Positions 27,717-36,515 of a DNA stretch of 36,515 bases are shown here, in pieces. The translations under genes were made by a program, and so were the position numbers. The stretch covers positions 1-36,515 of the IMG/VR virus record IMGVR_UViG_3300032305_001422. The stretch is one strand, 5' to 3'. The notes below the pieces were generated by a model, which had not been told where the DNA came from, did not search any database, and was given only the letters and a program-made list of their open reading frames with translations. Origin of the DNA: a virus. Its lineage: Duplodnaviria; Caudoviricetes. Position 1 is the first letter of the stretch. Every line of letters starts with the position of its first letter.

Positions 27717-30103
27717 GTCACAAACTCCATAATGTTAAGCTTGACGCCGGTATTTACGGCACTGCTGTAAATCAAACCAGCAGCGGTAAAAGCAGCACGA
27801 TTTGGAGAAACTTCTACTGGAACGCCAGACATGACGCCAGTTGTAGCAATAAAATTCATTGCATTAAGGTTGGCAAATCCAGCAAAATAGCCGCCGCCGC
27901 CTTCCATTATCTTAAATATTGCCATCATACTTGGGCGGTTAAGATAACTAGAAGTTGCTGTAAAAAAAATTCCTCTAATCCCACTTGATAATCCAAATTT
28001 CAATCGCTGCGCTATTGTCGTGGCGACGTTTGTCTCCACGCCGGTAATTGATTCTATATGCCTTAAGTTTAAATCAACCCCATTAATGGAAATAAAACTA
28101 AATAATTGATTAGCTGAAGTCCCAACCATATATCCAGTTGGAGTTTGTGGAAATTGACTAATACCTGCACCAGAATTCAAAATGGTGCCGACAGTTATTA
28201 CACCAGATGTATTAGTCAATACGGCACTTCTACCAGTAACAGACACTAAAGCAGATGTGCTTGAGATTGTATATAAATTTGGCTGAAATCTATTTGCGAT
28301 AATTTCAAAATATCCATCCGTGCCGATGCCGGAGGCATCAACTAAGGTGACAGGAGCTCCAAAATTACATGTTGTTCCACTTACCGTAATAGATACAACG
28401 CGAGGTCGTGTCAAAATGGTATCGTAGTAACTAACAATATAGGATGTGCTTGAAAGTTGGCACGAAGGCCACGTCCTTATTACAGATGTTACATCATTTA
28501 AACCTGCGCTTGTACCGGCGGTGATTGTGGTTCCAGCGAGGGATAGAACCATTGCCCTAACTGAAAATGGGCTCCCAGCAGTACCGCTATCGTCAAGGTA
28601 AATGGCAAGGGCGGTTGTCGCTGTAATTCGATACAAAGCGGCAGGCGCCGCCCCAGCACCAGCCCCAGCAAAAGTGGCGCCTATATTTATCGCCGTCCCA
28701 GCAATTGGCGCGGCACCGCTGCAATCAAGCGCCTGCACGCGATTGGTTAGCCTTGATCCTGATTCATATCCCATCACAATAAACTGATCGAAGTTAGCGC
28801 CCATCTGAACAATAAGGGGTGGCCCGCTGAACGATGCGGTAGGTGTGGTAGAATCTCCATTTGTAAGAAGCTGATCAACCGCGGTGGATGCCGAGATTGT
28901 TGGGGTTGTGCCGCTAATTGAAATATTGCGGGTTGTGTTGTCGGACAAGAACACCACTACCTTCGTGTTCGAGATGCGGAAAGAATGCACCACATTAGCA
29001 GCAGCAGAGGTAATTAGCACCGGGGCGCCTACAGTCGCCGGGATTGTGGAGTGATCCACAAGGTAGGCATAAGGAAAGCTAGAGGCATCCCTTGCATAAT
29101 GCAGGCTTAGAACGTCCGTGATCTGCACGACCGTTTCAGTTGTCTGAGTGATGGTCGATGGCAAAAGAACATCAACCACCACCATTCCAGGAGACAGGTC
29201 GCGCCCACTGACCACCCACGAGCCGGCAATCGTCGCAACAGAAGTCAGAGAGAGTTCTGCCGTGGCGCCAGGAGGCACAACAGTGACAAGAGGCGAGAAG
29301 GTCTGGGTGATACTTACATTGTCTATGGAACCAGCAAAAGTTGCATTTCCGCGGAACCCAGCAAGATTATTCCCGTTGCTGAGGAATGTTTCCGTGTAGG
29401 TGCCGGCAGTGGTGCGCAAAGTGCCTAGAACATCCGCCCCGCCTCCCGTCAGCACAGGCTGAACACCGCCCGCACTCACTGATGTAATGGTGAAGGTGAT
29501 AGTGTATCGGATGTTTAGGGTGGTAGCGATGACTTGTGTTAAATCCGACTGCACGCCAGCCGTCTTGGTCGCTACACCGCTACCAATCGTCCAGCCCGTG
29601 CCAGCCGTCCAGCCGGTTGCCGCTGAAAAATCGGCCGGCACAAACTGGTTTGGATTGCCTGAGCGAACGCCAAAAGTGCGCGCGCCGGAATTGTTAATAA
29701 CGAATAGCGGACCGCCTATATTGAGAGTCCGCGCATCTGGCAGGATCACGCTTTGCGCATCCTGTGTAAAAGCCACAGATTGTAAACGTGTAGATGTGTT
29801 TGTCAAGGTGATAGATGTGGCCGAAGTAGTGGTAGTTGCCGAACCATTAGGATCAGGAGGCGTTATCCAGGAACCATTCGCATTCAAGAAAAACGATGTG
29901 TTTGCTTTTTGTGCAGATGTTGGTGCAATATATGAATAATTTACAGTAGAGTTAGCAACTGTAAATGCTGTCGAGTTGACTACAGCATTTGCAGTAGTAT
30001 TACCGACATTCATTGATGTAAATGCAGTCGTATTCGCTGTAATACTATTGTACATAGCATTAGCAATACTACCTATATTTGCAATATCTTTTGGTAATGC
30101 CAT
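27713..30103 (-). CDS. Tail fibre / receptor-binding-like protein, 796 aa
   Basis: N/T-rich anchor shared with neighbouring genes, FLNANGSW fibre motif, a candidate carbohydrate-binding insert, then I(S/T)GTT.T.G beta repeats. Confidence 0.65.
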   Translation of the reverse strand: MALPKDIANIGSIANAMYNSITANTTAFTSMNVGNTTANAVVNSTAFTVANSTVNYSYIAPTSAQKANTSFFLNANGSWITPPDPNGSATTTTSATSITLTNTSTRLQSVAFTQDAQSVILPDARTLNIGGPLFVINNSGARTFGVRSGNPNQFVPADFSAATGWTAGTGWTIGSGVATKTAGVQSDLTQVIATTLNIRYTITFTITSVSAGGVQPVLTGGGADVLGTLRTTAGTYTETFLSNGNNLAGFRGNATFAGSIDNVSITQTFSPLVTVVPPGATAELSLTSVATIAGSWVVSGRDLSPGMVVVDVLLPSTITQTTETVVQITDVLSLHYARDASSFPYAYLVDHSTIPATVGAPVLITSAAANVVHSFRISNTKVVVFLSDNTTRNISISGTTPTISASTAVDQLLTNGDSTTPTASFSGPPLIVQMGANFDQFIVMGYESGSRLTNRVQALDCSGAAPIAGTAINIGATFAGAGAGAAPAALYRITATTALAIYLDDSGTAGSPFSVRAMVLSLAGTTITAGTSAGLNDVTSVIRTWPSCQLSSTSYIVSYYDTILTRPRVVSITVSGTTCNFGAPVTLVDASGIGTDGYFEIIANRFQPNLYTISSTSALVSVTGRSAVLTNTSGVITVGTILNSGAGISQFPQTPTGYMVGTSANQLFSFISINGVDLNLRHIESITGVETNVATTIAQRLKFGLSSGIRGIFFTATSSYLNRPSMMAIFKIMEGGGGYFAGFANLNAMNFIATTGVMSGVPVEVSPNRAAFTAAGLIYSSAVNTGVKLNIMEFVT

Positions 30104-30115
30104 AACTTTTATTCC

Positions 30116-30562
30116 TTATACTATTTCAGCTGCAGAACGAAACAGATCATCTAGTTGTTCATTAGTGAGATTGAGTTCTACCTGTAATGATGTGATTAAC
30201 GGATCATTACGATATACACTGATACAATACTCCCACGCTTCCTGCACTTCATCTGATTGAGTCGAGATGAAGTCGTTGACTGTATTTAGTAAACCGGCCT
30301 TACGAAGTGCTTTTCGTGCTTGCAATGGTGTTACTGATTCTGGTACTGGAGGTGGAGCCGGAGGCTCTGGTGGGCGTGGTGGTGGTTCTGGAGCTGGTTG
30401 TGGATTAGTCCATTTCTTACCTTTTTTAGTTGCACCATTTATTGTACCATCTGGAACTTCAGTATCATAAAACTTAGCTATGTCCGGGTGATAAAGTAAA
30501 GTTGGGTCTCCCGGTGCTACGTCTCTTACTGTATTGGGTGGATCAATCCATGCGAGGGGCAT
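30116..30562 (-). CDS. Tail-fibre-associated chaperone-like protein, paralog of 27261-27716
   Basis: Same C-terminal domain (TPLQAR.AL...WEY...RNDP...QLDDLFRSA.EIV) on a different N-terminus. Confidence 0.65.
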   Translation of the reverse strand: MPLAWIDPPNTVRDVAPGDPTLLYHPDIAKFYDTEVPDGTINGATKKGKKWTNPQPAPEPPPRPPEPPAPPPVPESVTPLQARKALRKAGLLNTVNDFISTQSDEVQEAWEYCISVYRNDPLITSLQVELNLTNEQLDDLFRSAAEIV

Positions 30563-30565
30563 ATT

Positions 30566-31810
30566 TTAGTATCCTTCTGTCCAGTAGAGGATTACGATAC
30601 CGGATCCACCTGATGCGCCTCTCGTTGTACCAATACTGGTACTACTAAGTGCACCACCAGCTCCACCGCCTCCAAATCCACCAGCACCACCAAAACCAAT
30701 GCCGCCGCCACTAGTGGCGGCGGCTCCTCCACCGCCTCCAAATCCACCAGCACCACCAAAACCATTGCCACCTCCCATATTGCAACTGCCACCTCCTCCT
30801 CCAAATCCACCTGCACCACCAGAACAAGCGGGAGTACCAGAACTAACAGCTCCTCCCCCACCACCTCCAAATCCACCTGCGCCACCTACCACGCTTAAAG
30901 AGGAGTTGGAGGTGGTGGAGCCACCACCACCCGATCCATCTAGATCATTTCGTAATAAACGAAATGGCCACATCGTATTATTAATTGGGCTAACTCCATT
31001 TATACCATAAAATGCTGGGCTGCTGTTGAGTCCTTGTTGAGTACTAAAACCACTAAATGCTGAAAAAGTGGTGTTTGAAAGAAAAAATGACGGGGCTGCA
31101 GTACTAACACTAATCCCCGGTCCACCAAATGGAGCCGGCGTGTTGTCACCTCGCTGTCCTGCACCACTGGTTCCTCCGCCGCCGCCACCAGCAGTACCTG
31201 CGGGATATCCAGCACCACCACCACCACCACCAATCGGACCTCCGATACCACCAGGTCCAAAACCACCACCGCCACCCGAGCCGCCCGCGCCGCCAGTTCC
31301 ATAAAAACTTCCAGCAGCTCCACCACCACCAGCTCCGGAAGTGTCACGGTTGCCAGCACCACCATTAGCAGTAAAAATATTTCTAACACCATCAGCACAT
31401 GTGCCAGTCCCACCAGTTCCAGCGGCCCCACTTGAGCCTTGTCCGCCAGCACCACCGCCTGTTGCTGTTATTAAAGAACCAATACTTGACGTACCTCCAG
31501 CCCCAGGGCTAGTTGTATTACCTGTTCCTCCAACCCCAACTGTAATTGTCGGGATAGTTTGACCTGGTGTAACATCAATAACACCAAATGCCATGCCACC
31601 ACCACCTGCACCGCAACTGGAATTAGCGCCACCATACGAACCGCCACCACCGCCTACAACATAACAACCAATTTGAAAAACGTTTAATGGTGTTGTAAAA
31701 GTATAAGTGCCTGAAGTTGGAAAAACACGATATGATCTAAATTCAGATGGCATAATACGTGTTGGGGCATTAGGAGGTAAAGGATAACCATAAAAACCAA
31801 GATTACTCAT
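30566..31810 (-). CDS. Glycine-rich adhesin-like protein
   Basis: F.TSGTYTFT.P, VVGGGGG, four GGAGGFGGGG motifs, C-terminal GGSGIVILYW; suggests a polyglycine-II fold as in T2/S16 gp38-type adhesins. Confidence 0.65.
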   Translation of the reverse strand: MSNLGFYGYPLPPNAPTRIMPSEFRSYRVFPTSGTYTFTTPLNVFQIGCYVVGGGGGSYGGANSSCGAGGGGMAFGVIDVTPGQTIPTITVGVGGTGNTTSPGAGGTSSIGSLITATGGGAGGQGSSGAAGTGGTGTCADGVRNIFTANGGAGNRDTSGAGGGGAAGSFYGTGGAGGSGGGGGFGPGGIGGPIGGGGGGAGYPAGTAGGGGGGTSGAGQRGDNTPAPFGGPGISVSTAAPSFFLSNTTFSAFSGFSTQQGLNSSPAFYGINGVSPINNTMWPFRLLRNDLDGSGGGGSTTSNSSLSVVGGAGGFGGGGGGAVSSGTPACSGGAGGFGGGGGSCNMGGGNGFGGAGGFGGGGGAAATSGGGIGFGGAGGFGGGGAGGALSSTSIGTTRGASGGSGIVILYWTEGY

Positions 31811-32214
31811 TAGAAGTCACCTCCAATAGCATGGATGTTGAACGATTCGGCATTGTGTGTTGATGCACGCAATGAATATCCAGTAGGGATACTAATAGGA
31901 TAACGATTGCTTAAAAGAGGTGTATTAGTCCCAACAGCTGCATTGAATGTCGGAGTTGAATTAGCCGGAGTAATTGCAATAACTGGAATCTCATCAAAAA
32001 GACGAGCAGAAGTGCCATCATGAATAAACAATCTGATCATACCAGCAGTCGTGGTAGCCGTAGCTACAATTATAATACTATCAATACGTGATCCAGATGA
32101 TCCTGCAGTAAACACGGTACCAATTGTGCCAGTGCCGTCACGGTTAGCATTTGCTGTAGTAATGTTAACACTGCCGAATTTTGGTGTAGCTGAGAAATTT
32201 GGTGTAGTTGCCAT
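31810..32214 (-). CDS. Small beta-sandwich-like virion protein (MATTPNF type), putative adapter
   Basis: 134 aa; TAATG coupling to the glycine-rich gene. Confidence 0.7.
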   Translation of the reverse strand: MATTPNFSATPKFGSVNITTANANRDGTGTIGTVFTAGSSGSRIDSIIIVATATTTAGMIRLFIHDGTSARLFDEIPVIAITPANSTPTFNAAVGTNTPLLSNRYPISIPTGYSLRASTHNAESFNIHAIGGDF

Positions 32215-32240
32215 GTTATATTATCCTTATATAAGAATGA

Positions 32241-33431
32241 TTAGGTTATGCCGAAACGAAAAGCTTCAAGAAAAGATATCGATGGTGCGGAAATTGATGA
32301 CCAAGATCCATTCGCATTCAAGAAGAATGATGTATTTGCTTTTTGTACAGAGGTTGGCGCAATATACGAATAAGTCACACTCGAATTAGCAATAGTAAAT
32401 GCAGCAGTGTTTACCACAGCATTGGCCGTTGTATTACCAACAGCAAAACCGGTTGTATTGACCACAGCATTTGCAGTACTATTAGCAATAGTGAGACTGG
32501 AACCAACAACTACAGCATTTGCTGTACTAGTACCAACTGTAAGACTGGCAGCATTTATCGTCATATTCGAACTGAATATATGATTATTGGTCCAACTGAA
32601 TGCAAACCCTTGTGATACAGTGTTTATGTTTAGCGAATAAACAGAAGCCGATAGAAGACCAACAACATCAACAGTGGATCCAGTTAAAGCCGGAGTAGCA
32701 AGAGTAATACTAGTTCCATTGTTTGCTGTAACTTCAGTTCCAACAATAAGCTTTATACCGTTCTCATATACATCAATTGAGTCTATAGTATAGCCATTTG
32801 TGATTGTAAATGTTGTATTTACGGTGGAATTTGCAGTGAATGTTTGTCTTACAAAAGTAGCGCCTGCAGCAACATTGCCCCAATAAACACCGGTGCCATT
32901 TGATGTTAGAACTTGATTTGCTGTTCCTACTCCACCATTTGCAATAATACCAGAATTGAACCTCACATTAGCATTAAATATATGAGTATTGGTCCAATCA
33001 AATGCAAAACCTTGCGATACAGTATTTACATTTAGCGAGTAAACAGAGGCCGATAGAAGACCAACAACATCAATAATAGTATTACTTATGGCTGGGGTAG
33101 CAAGGGTAATACTAGTTCCATTGTTTGCTGTAACTTCCGTTCCAACAATAAGTTTTACACCATTCTTATAAACGTCAATTGAGTTTACGGTATAGCCATT
33201 CGTAATGGTGAATGTTGTGTTGACGGTAGAATTTGCTGTGAATAACTGCCTTACAAAAGTTGCACCGGCGGCAACATTGCCCCAATAAACACCGGTGCCA
33301 TTTGATGTTAGAACTTGATTTGCTAATCCGGTTGAACCATTTGCGACAATAGCATTGATCGTAGCATTGCCAGATACAATGATAGAAGGTGCAGTTAACC
33401 CGTTCTTTACTATAAAGTTATTATTTGCCAT
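32241..33431 (-). CDS. Fibre/anchor protein with a 134 aa internal duplication
   Basis: N-terminal F.VKNGL motif, two QVLTSNGTGVYW motifs, two DVY.NG.KL modules; DNA repeat offset 402 bp. Confidence 0.72.
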   Translation of the reverse strand: MANNNFIVKNGLTAPSIIVSGNATINAIVANGSTGLANQVLTSNGTGVYWGNVAAGATFVRQLFTANSTVNTTFTITNGYTVNSIDVYKNGVKLIVGTEVTANNGTSITLATPAISNTIIDVVGLLSASVYSLNVNTVSQGFAFDWTNTHIFNANVRFNSGIIANGGVGTANQVLTSNGTGVYWGNVAAGATFVRQTFTANSTVNTTFTITNGYTIDSIDVYENGIKLIVGTEVTANNGTSITLATPALTGSTVDVVGLLSASVYSLNINTVSQGFAFSWTNNHIFSSNMTINAASLTVGTSTANAVVVGSSLTIANSTANAVVNTTGFAVGNTTANAVVNTAAFTIANSSVTYSYIAPTSVQKANTSFFLNANGSWSSISAPSISFLEAFRFGIT

Positions 33432-33462
33432 CTCAGATCACTTTCCTTGAGATTGTTTTTCT

Positions 33463-33470
33463 TATTTATA
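33463..33470 (-). promoter_or_regulatory. Late promoter TATAAATA
   Basis: Exact consensus about 30 nt upstream of the 396 aa gene. Confidence 0.72.
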
Positions 33471-33482
33471 TAAAAGTTATAA

Positions 33483-36400
33483 TCAAGATACCATAGCTGA
33501 TATGTATTTAGATGTATTTATCAATGATGGTAAAAGATCTGTGTTAGTTTGAATATTATTGGTACTAGTTTGAATGTTATTGGTTGTCACTAGCAATGTA
33601 TTTGTACTTGCTTGAATGTTGTTGGTTGTCATTAGTAATGTGTTAGTAGATGCCAGTATTGTATTGGTTGTTACCAGCAATGTGTTTGTACTTGCTTGGA
33701 TATTGTTAGTTGTGAGCAAAATAGTATTAGTACTAGCTTGAATATTATTAGTTGTCGCTAGCAATGTGTTGGTCGATGCCAATATTGTATTAGTACTAGT
33801 TTGAATTGTATTTGTTGTCACCAATAGAGTATTAGTACTAGCTTGAATATTATTAGTTGTTGTTAGCAATGTATTGGTACTAGCTTGGATGCCAGGTAAT
33901 AAATCAGTACTAGTTTGAATATTATTTGTTGTTACTAGCAATGTATTGGTGCTAGCCTGAATGGTATTTGTTGTGAGCAGGATAGTATTGGTACTTGCTT
34001 GGATGTTATTAGTAGTGATTAACAGCGTGTTGGTACTAGCTTGAATGTTATTAGTTGTCACTAGTAGTGTGTTGGTGCTAGCTTGGATGTTGTTTGTGGT
34101 CACTAGCAATGTATTGGTACTAGCCTGAATATTGTTTGTGGTCACTAGTAATGTATTGGTGCTAGCTTGGATATTATTGGTTGTCACTAACAATGTATTG
34201 GTGCTAGCCTGTGTAGACTTGATAGCAGATCCCATTGTATTCGATGATGTAACATTAGAGGTCAGTGTATTCCAAACAGCGTTGGCGCTGTAGCTTGAAA
34301 TGTCGGCTTTATCGGTTGCACTGATAACGGCAGTTTGCTGAGTCCAGGGTGCGGTCTGTAAGACGATGCCAGAGCTATTCTTCTTGGTAGGCGTATAACT
34401 TGGGTTAGCAACATAAACAGATGCAGCCACTTGAAAATATAACGGAATCAATACACCTAAGTTTGTTGTAGTGGTTATTGAATCATTTACTTTGGCGTAG
34501 AATACGGGGGATGATATTGAAATACCGCCAGTTATTATAGTGAAACCTGCAACACTTCCAGCAAAGATTGACACCTGTGCCGGCAATGATCCGTAAACAA
34601 CGGTGTAGTAATGCAGTCCATTTAGAACCTCAGCCGGGGAATAAGCACGTAAGTCTGAACCTACTGATACCGCAAGTTCTTGGCCAACAAGATCTGTGGT
34701 TATCTGTGTTGCAATATAGTTTCTATTGGTCGTATTCAAAGTTGTATCAACAAAGGTTTCTGGAATCAGTGTTGTAGTGAATGAGTTTAGATTTGAAGCT
34801 GTTGGATAGAACAATGTTCGCTGATACCCATAGGCTACAGCATAGACCGCAAACGTATCTCCTGCTCTAATCTCTAGAGTTCTAGCCGTATTCTGCACGA
34901 CCCAACCAAAGTCTACAGCACCACCATTGACTCTAGTAACATAGGTAGAAAGAGCAAGGTTATTGGGTGTTGTGATAGCCACTACCGCTACAACAGATAC
35001 CCTTGAACCGGCAGTAAAGAATGGACTTGTACCAGCTTTGATAACTTTTACCTCTGCTGTTCCAGCATTACTAATCGTGCCTGTAATGGTGCTGTTAGTA
35101 ATCGTTACAGTATAGGCGTATGGGGCGCTATCGTTATAAGTCAAGTTGCCTGTGATAGTCATAGCAGTCAAGTCCAATGGAATAGGCTGTATCACATTAG
35201 CTGTAATAGCTGTATTACCAAAGTTAGACGGTAGTATTGTTACAGAGCTTGAGCTAAACAATGCGCCTGTAATCGTCGTTCCTGGACTCAGCCTGTCGCC
35301 AGTCCAGATTGATAGCGACGAGCCATCAAAAATAAACACATCACCTGTATCGTTGAGCGTGACCGGATATGAGCCAGCAGAAGCGTTTGTACCTGCCTTG
35401 GTGATGATTCGTGAGTAAGGTATGCCAATCTCTAGTGTTTCGTAGTAGGCAGCATAGTCATACAACTTATCCATATCAGGTAAATATTCATAAGCGGCTA
35501 CTGTAGCCTTAGTTGCCTGAGTAATGAATGCATCAGCTGCCAGGGTAACCGTAACTGTCGTAGACGCCACAGCGGGGCTATGTGTGCCTGTTTGTGCTGT
35601 AAAGCCGTATCGAACTACCTTCCAAGTCCAAGTGCCGGTTTGACCTGTCGTATCTAGTGTGTACGATGTTGATGACGATGCAACATACGCAACCTGTGTA
35701 CCAGAGCCATTAGCAATATAAACCTGTGATCCAGCAGTTAAGCCATTTAGTGTTAAGGATGTAACTGGACGAGTTACAACGTTAGATCCAACAGTTCCAA
35801 TTGTGCTGTTGGCTCTGCTTATTGTGACCAAACCAGAGCCACTGTTACTGACAGTGCCGGTAATTGTTGTATTAGTAAGTGTAACTGTAATCGGCGTATT
35901 GGTGTTGTAGGTCAAGTTACCGGTAATTGTTACTCCGGTTAAATTAGTCGGTGTTGCTTGGCTAACATTGCCCGTTATCGCCACACCACTTGAAAGTGCG
36001 CCAGATAGAGTGACGTTGCCTAGAATATTTCCTGAAGTTAAAGTACCACCGCCACTAACAACTAAGGTATAAGCACCAGTGAAAGTAGAACCATTAGTTG
36101 TTGTAAATGGATCCGCTTTAGTCAAATTAGCTAGTAACGATACGTTATCTTGAACCGCACTCCAAACCTGAGCAGCGGAACGACTTGCACTCAGAGTAAT
36201 CGTCTGAGCACCGTGATCGACCGCTACACCTGTAACGCCGGAAGAATATAGTGGATTACTATTAACATCGAGTACTTGGTTTTGTGTAATAGGAATACTG
36301 ATTGCTGTTTTGAGGTAAGTGCCAGTCAAGCTACTAAAAGTCCAACCGGGATAACGAGCAATCAATCTATAAGCAACGGGAACAGCATCATAGTCGTAAG

Positions 36401-36515
36401 GCATCGGGACACTGCCTGTACTACTTGCAAGAGTTAAACTGCTTTGCAAAGATGGATTATTCACATCTGCATTGAGATAACCAGCAATCAGTGTGCCGAC
36501 CTGTGCGCCAGTAAA
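33483..36515 (-). CDS. Large Thr/Ser-rich virion fibre-like protein with a C-terminal coiled-coil stalk; 5'-partial
   Basis: The frame stays open from the track's GTG at 36464 to the window edge (FTGAQVGTLIAGYLNADV...), so the true start lies outside the window. Confidence 0.7.
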   Translation of the reverse strand, partial: FTGAQVGTLIAGYLNADVNNPSLQSSLTLASSTGSVPMPYDYDAVPVAYRLIARYPGWTFSSLTGTYLKTAISIPITQNQVLDVNSNPLYSSGVTGVAVDHGAQTITLSASRSAAQVWSAVQDNVSLLANLTKADPFTTTNGSTFTGAYTLVVSGGGTLTSGNILGNVTLSGALSSGVAITGNVSQATPTNLTGVTITGNLTYNTNTPITVTLTNTTITGTVSNSGSGLVTISRANSTIGTVGSNVVTRPVTSLTLNGLTAGSQVYIANGSGTQVAYVASSSTSYTLDTTGQTGTWTWKVVRYGFTAQTGTHSPAVASTTVTVTLAADAFITQATKATVAAYEYLPDMDKLYDYAAYYETLEIGIPYSRIITKAGTNASAGSYPVTLNDTGDVFIFDGSSLSIWTGDRLSPGTTITGALFSSSSVTILPSNFGNTAITANVIQPIPLDLTAMTITGNLTYNDSAPYAYTVTITNSTITGTISNAGTAEVKVIKAGTSPFFTAGSRVSVVAVVAITTPNNLALSTYVTRVNGGAVDFGWVVQNTARTLEIRAGDTFAVYAVAYGYQRTLFYPTASNLNSFTTTLIPETFVDTTLNTTNRNYIATQITTDLVGQELAVSVGSDLRAYSPAEVLNGLHYYTVVYGSLPAQVSIFAGSVAGFTIITGGISISSPVFYAKVNDSITTTTNLGVLIPLYFQVAASVYVANPSYTPTKKNSSGIVLQTAPWTQQTAVISATDKADISSYSANAVWNTLTSNVTSSNTMGSAIKSTQASTNTLLVTTNNIQASTNTLLVTTNNIQASTNTLLVTTNNIQASTNTLLVTTNNIQASTNTLLITTNNIQASTNTILLTTNTIQASTNTLLVTTNNIQTSTDLLPGIQASTNTLLTTTNNIQASTNTLLVTTNTIQTSTNTILASTNTLLATTNNIQASTNTILLTTNNIQASTNTLLVTTNTILASTNTLLMTTNNIQASTNTLLVTTNNIQTSTNNIQTNTDLLPSLINTSKYISAMVS
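33540..34212. repeat. 42 bp / 14 aa tandem repeat IQASTNTLLVTTNN, about 14 full copies plus half units
   Basis: Seen directly in the translation; codons differ between copies. Confidence 0.92.

Noticed and set aside
27021-34212. CRISPR-like array in the 33 bp and 42 bp repeats
   Set aside because: The repeats are contiguous, in-frame and coding, with no unique spacers.
1824-35418. Plus-strand ORFs and nested alternative-frame ORFs in the track (e.g. 9956-10360, 22107-22610, 23254-23625, 29487-29939, 30592-31562)
   Set aside because: They are shadows of longer, motif-bearing minus-strand genes, favoured by Gly/Thr/Ser-rich codons; no recognisable motifs.
1-36515. Stop-codon reassignment, tRNA or rRNA genes
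   Set aside because: Core genes are intact under the standard code and end in TAA, TAG or TGA at expected positions; intergenic gaps are short and no cloverleaf was seen.

Overview
A 36.5 kb segment of a T4-like (Tevenvirinae-related, 'exo-T-even' gene order) myovirus, with every credible gene on the minus strand. In transcription order (right to left) it holds three parts. First, a ~15 kb accessory virion-appendage region at 21066-36515: fibre/anchor proteins, ~130 aa adapter-like proteins, a glycine-rich adhesin-like protein, two fibre-chaperone-like proteins, three tandem 6-repeat Kelch-like propeller proteins, a coiled-coil protein and a GT-A glycosyltransferase-like protein. Second, the conserved morphogenesis block gp13-(insert)-14-15-16-17-18-19-(GIY-YIG homing endonuclease)-20-core proteins-21-22-23-3. 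Third, uvsY-uvsW-gp55-small ORF-gp47-gp46. T4-type late promoters (TATAAATA) and a C(UUCG)G terminator are visible. The main unexplained signals are: (1) two near-perfect sigma70 promoters pointing antisense, each placed in identical geometry against the likely start codon of gp55 or gp17; (2) a repeated anchor/adapter/head organisation of the appendage genes, including a translationally coupled propeller + coiled-coil + glycosyltransferase cassette; (3) a recombination scar at 22987-23207 in which decayed gene fragments now carry late-promoter motifs; (4) a gp13/gp14 insert with a capsid-targeting-like N-terminus and a GNAT-like tail. All family assignments come from motif recognition by eye; no database searches were run.
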